DNA of 56,861 nt from an uncultured Oscillospiraceae bacterium (GTDB lineage Bacteria > Bacillota > Clostridia > UMGS1883): assembly GCA_964604405.1 (NCBI GenBank), contig CAZRYW010000001.1, forward strand, positions 1 through 56,861, read 5' to 3'. Under the pieces are notes generated by a model. That model did no database searches. It saw only the letters and a program-made list of their open reading frames with translations, and had not been told where the DNA came from. Both the position numbers and the translations under genes were made by a program. Below are positions 55,492 to 56,861 of the stretch, piece by piece; position 1 is the stretch's first letter, and each line of letters starts with the position of its first letter.

Positions 55492-56152
55492 GCGTGAATT
55501 CAAATTGGCACCGAGTATTCTTGCTGCGGATTTTTCGATTCTCGGTCAGCAGATTAAAGAAGCCGAATGCGGCGGTGCAAAGGTTTTGCATATTGATGTG
55601 ATGGATTCGAGATTTGTGCCGAATTTTACGTTCGGTGCAATGCTTGTCAAATCCGTAAGAAAATGCAGCGATATGTTTTACGATTGCCATTTGATGGTTG
55701 AAAGACCGAGTGATTTTATAGATGCTTTTTATAAAGCGGGAGCCGATAATATTACGGTGCATTACGAAGCCCTCGGAGAAAAGACGGGAGATACTCTCGA
55801 CTATATTCATTCTCTCGGAATAAAGGCGGGGCTTGCGATCAGCCCCGATACAGAAGTCGAAAAAATCAAACCGTTTTTGGACAAAACGGATATGGTGCTT
55901 GTGATGTCGGTTTATCCCGGTTTCGGAGGACAAAAGTTTATTCCCGAAAGCTTGGAGAGAATCGGAAAAGTCAGAGAAATGACGAAAGATTACGATATTG
56001 ATGTCGAAGTTGACGGCGGAGTTTATGAAGAAAACATAAAAACCGTTGTAGAGAGCGGAGCGAATGTTATTGTTGCGGGAAGTGCGGTTTTCGGAAAAGA
56101 AGATGTTTGTGAAGCAGCAAGACGGCTGATAGGAAAAGTTAAAAATGAGTAA
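55481..56152 (+). CDS. rpe: Ribulose-phosphate 3-epimerase
   Basis: Contains APSILAADF, HIDVMD, MSVYPGFGGQKF, and VDGG. Confidence 0.95.
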   Translation: MADKREFKLAPSILAADFSILGQQIKEAECGGAKVLHIDVMDSRFVPNFTFGAMLVKSVRKCSDMFYDCHLMVERPSDFIDAFYKAGADNITVHYEALGEKTGDTLDYIHSLGIKAGLAISPDTEVEKIKPFLDKTDMVLVMSVYPGFGGQKFIPESLERIGKVREMTKDYDIDVEVDGGVYEENIKTVVESGANVIVAGSAVFGKEDVCEAARRLIGKVKNE

Positions 56153-56759
56153 AGCTGTTGTTATATGTGCGGGAAGCATTGAAAATTATGAATACATAAA
56201 ATCGTTTATAAATAAAGACGATTTTGTGATATGTGCGGACGGAGGAGTTTCTCATGCGAAAAAAATGGGCGTTGTGCCGAATTTGACTGTGGGAGATTTT
56301 GATTCGTACAATGGGAAATTGACGGGCGAAGTCAGACGTTTCAAACCCGAAAAGGATTTTACCGATTCCGATATTGCCGTGAAAGCGGCAATCGAAAAAG
56401 GGTATGACGAAATATTGCTTTTGGGAGCATCGGGAACAAGGCTTGACCATACGCTCGCAAATATAGGATTGCTGAAATATATTTGTGAGCACGGAGCTAA
56501 AGGAACTTTGATTGACGAAAACAATATAATAAGCGTCATAAATTCGGATACGGTTGTGACAAGGGAAGAGGGTTGGCATTTGTCGTTGATACCCATCGGA
56601 AGAGTTGAGGGATTGACTTTGGAAGACCTGAAATACACACTCGAAGATTATACACTTGACTTTTCGCAGTCTTTGGCGGTGAGTAACGAATTTACGGACA
56701 AGGATGCAATTATAAAAATAAAAAAAGGAAGCTTGATTGTTATAAAATCAAGAGGTTGA
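56145..56759 (+). CDS. thiN: Thiamine pyrophosphokinase
   Basis: Contains ADGG, GDFDS, EKDFTDSD, and GASGTRLDH, in the conserved position after rpe. Confidence 0.9.
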   Translation: MSKAVVICAGSIENYEYIKSFINKDDFVICADGGVSHAKKMGVVPNLTVGDFDSYNGKLTGEVRRFKPEKDFTDSDIAVKAAIEKGYDEILLLGASGTRLDHTLANIGLLKYICEHGAKGTLIDENNIISVINSDTVVTREEGWHLSLIPIGRVEGLTLEDLKYTLEDYTLDFSQSLAVSNEFTDKDAIIKIKKGSLIVIKSRG

Positions 56760-56771
56760 GAAAAAATTGGA

Positions 56772-56840
56772 GCGTGTCGAATTTTTCGACACGCAACTGC
56801 AAATCTTGCCAAGGCAATCTTCGCAGTTTGTTATTTTTTA
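56772..56840 (+). terminator. Two tandem hairpins after thiN; the second carries a T-tract
   Basis: The first hairpin is a perfect 10-bp stem, gcgtgtcgaa ttt ttcgacacgc (56772-56794). The second is an imperfect stem, ctgcaaatcttgcc / ggcaatcttcgcag (56797-56826), followed by tttgttatttttt. Confidence 0.75.
56795..56835 (+). repeat. Terminator-associated repeat, copy 2
   Basis: actgcaaatcttgccaaggcaatcttcgcagtttgtta compared with actgcgaagattgccctgggcaatcttcgcagtttgttg at 19665. Confidence 0.7.
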
Positions 56841-56861
56841 TAAAGAATAAAGTGGTGATTT

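Noticed and set aside
56772-56794. Inverted pair of perfect Spo0A 0A-box heptamers (TGTCGAA ... TTCGACA) downstream of thiN
   Set aside because: The two heptamers are simply the arms of a perfect 10-bp hairpin placed 13 nt after a stop codon, which is terminator geometry. Known Spo0A sites are mostly direct-repeat or single boxes in promoter regions, and no promoter is visible here.
1-56861. CRISPR arrays, tRNA or rRNA genes, IS elements or transposases, toxin-antitoxin pairs, and recognisable defence systems
   Set aside because: No regularly spaced repeats were seen. No intergenic region has tRNA-like length or GC content; the intergenic regions over 100 nt are 972-1150, 1931-2074, 2276-2395, 17386-17567, 19662-19863, 20503-20620, 26922-27214 and 28353-28456. 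No transposase, integrase or nuclease-type accessory ORFs were seen outside the phage-like cluster.

Overview
This window looks like chromosomal DNA from a low-GC, spore-forming Firmicute of the class Clostridia. That assignment rests on spo0A, a ylmC/ymxH-type gene, a type III glutamine synthetase and purine-rich coding strands, and it is only a guess. Almost all genes lie on the + strand.

**Core regions**
- 1-2.3 kb holds the 3' part of an NSS-family Na+ transporter, then spo0A and rpmE.
- 17.5-56.8 kb is ordinary, well-conserved housekeeping DNA. It carries glnN (GS type III), a small alarmone synthetase, rimM-trmD, addB, an aminotransferase with an AsnC regulator, infC-rpmI-rplT, dprA-topA-trmFO, gdpP-rplI-dnaB, tilS-hpt-ftsH, and yicC-remA-gmk-rpoZ-coaBC-priA-def-fmt-rsmB-rlmN-stp-prkC-rsgA-rpe-thiN.

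**Accessory region**
- 2.4-15.2 kb is about 12.9 kb of tightly packed phage head and contractile-tail genes. Their order matches the Bacillus subtilis PBSX late operon.
- The ORFs look intact, but the set is incomplete. I see no integrase, regulator, replication or lysis genes and no tail fibre.
- There is no tape-measure gene. The tail-chaperone frameshift product stops at 11394 and the LysM (XkdP-like) gene starts at 11395.
- Directly downstream, at 15.3-17.4 kb, is a separately promoted secreted protein. It has ricin-type lectin repeats flanking an HEXXH zinc-protease core.

I saw no rRNA, tRNA, CRISPR array or IS element.

All calls rest on reading the supplied translations and the DNA by eye. 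No searches were run, so family names are recognitions, not database hits.
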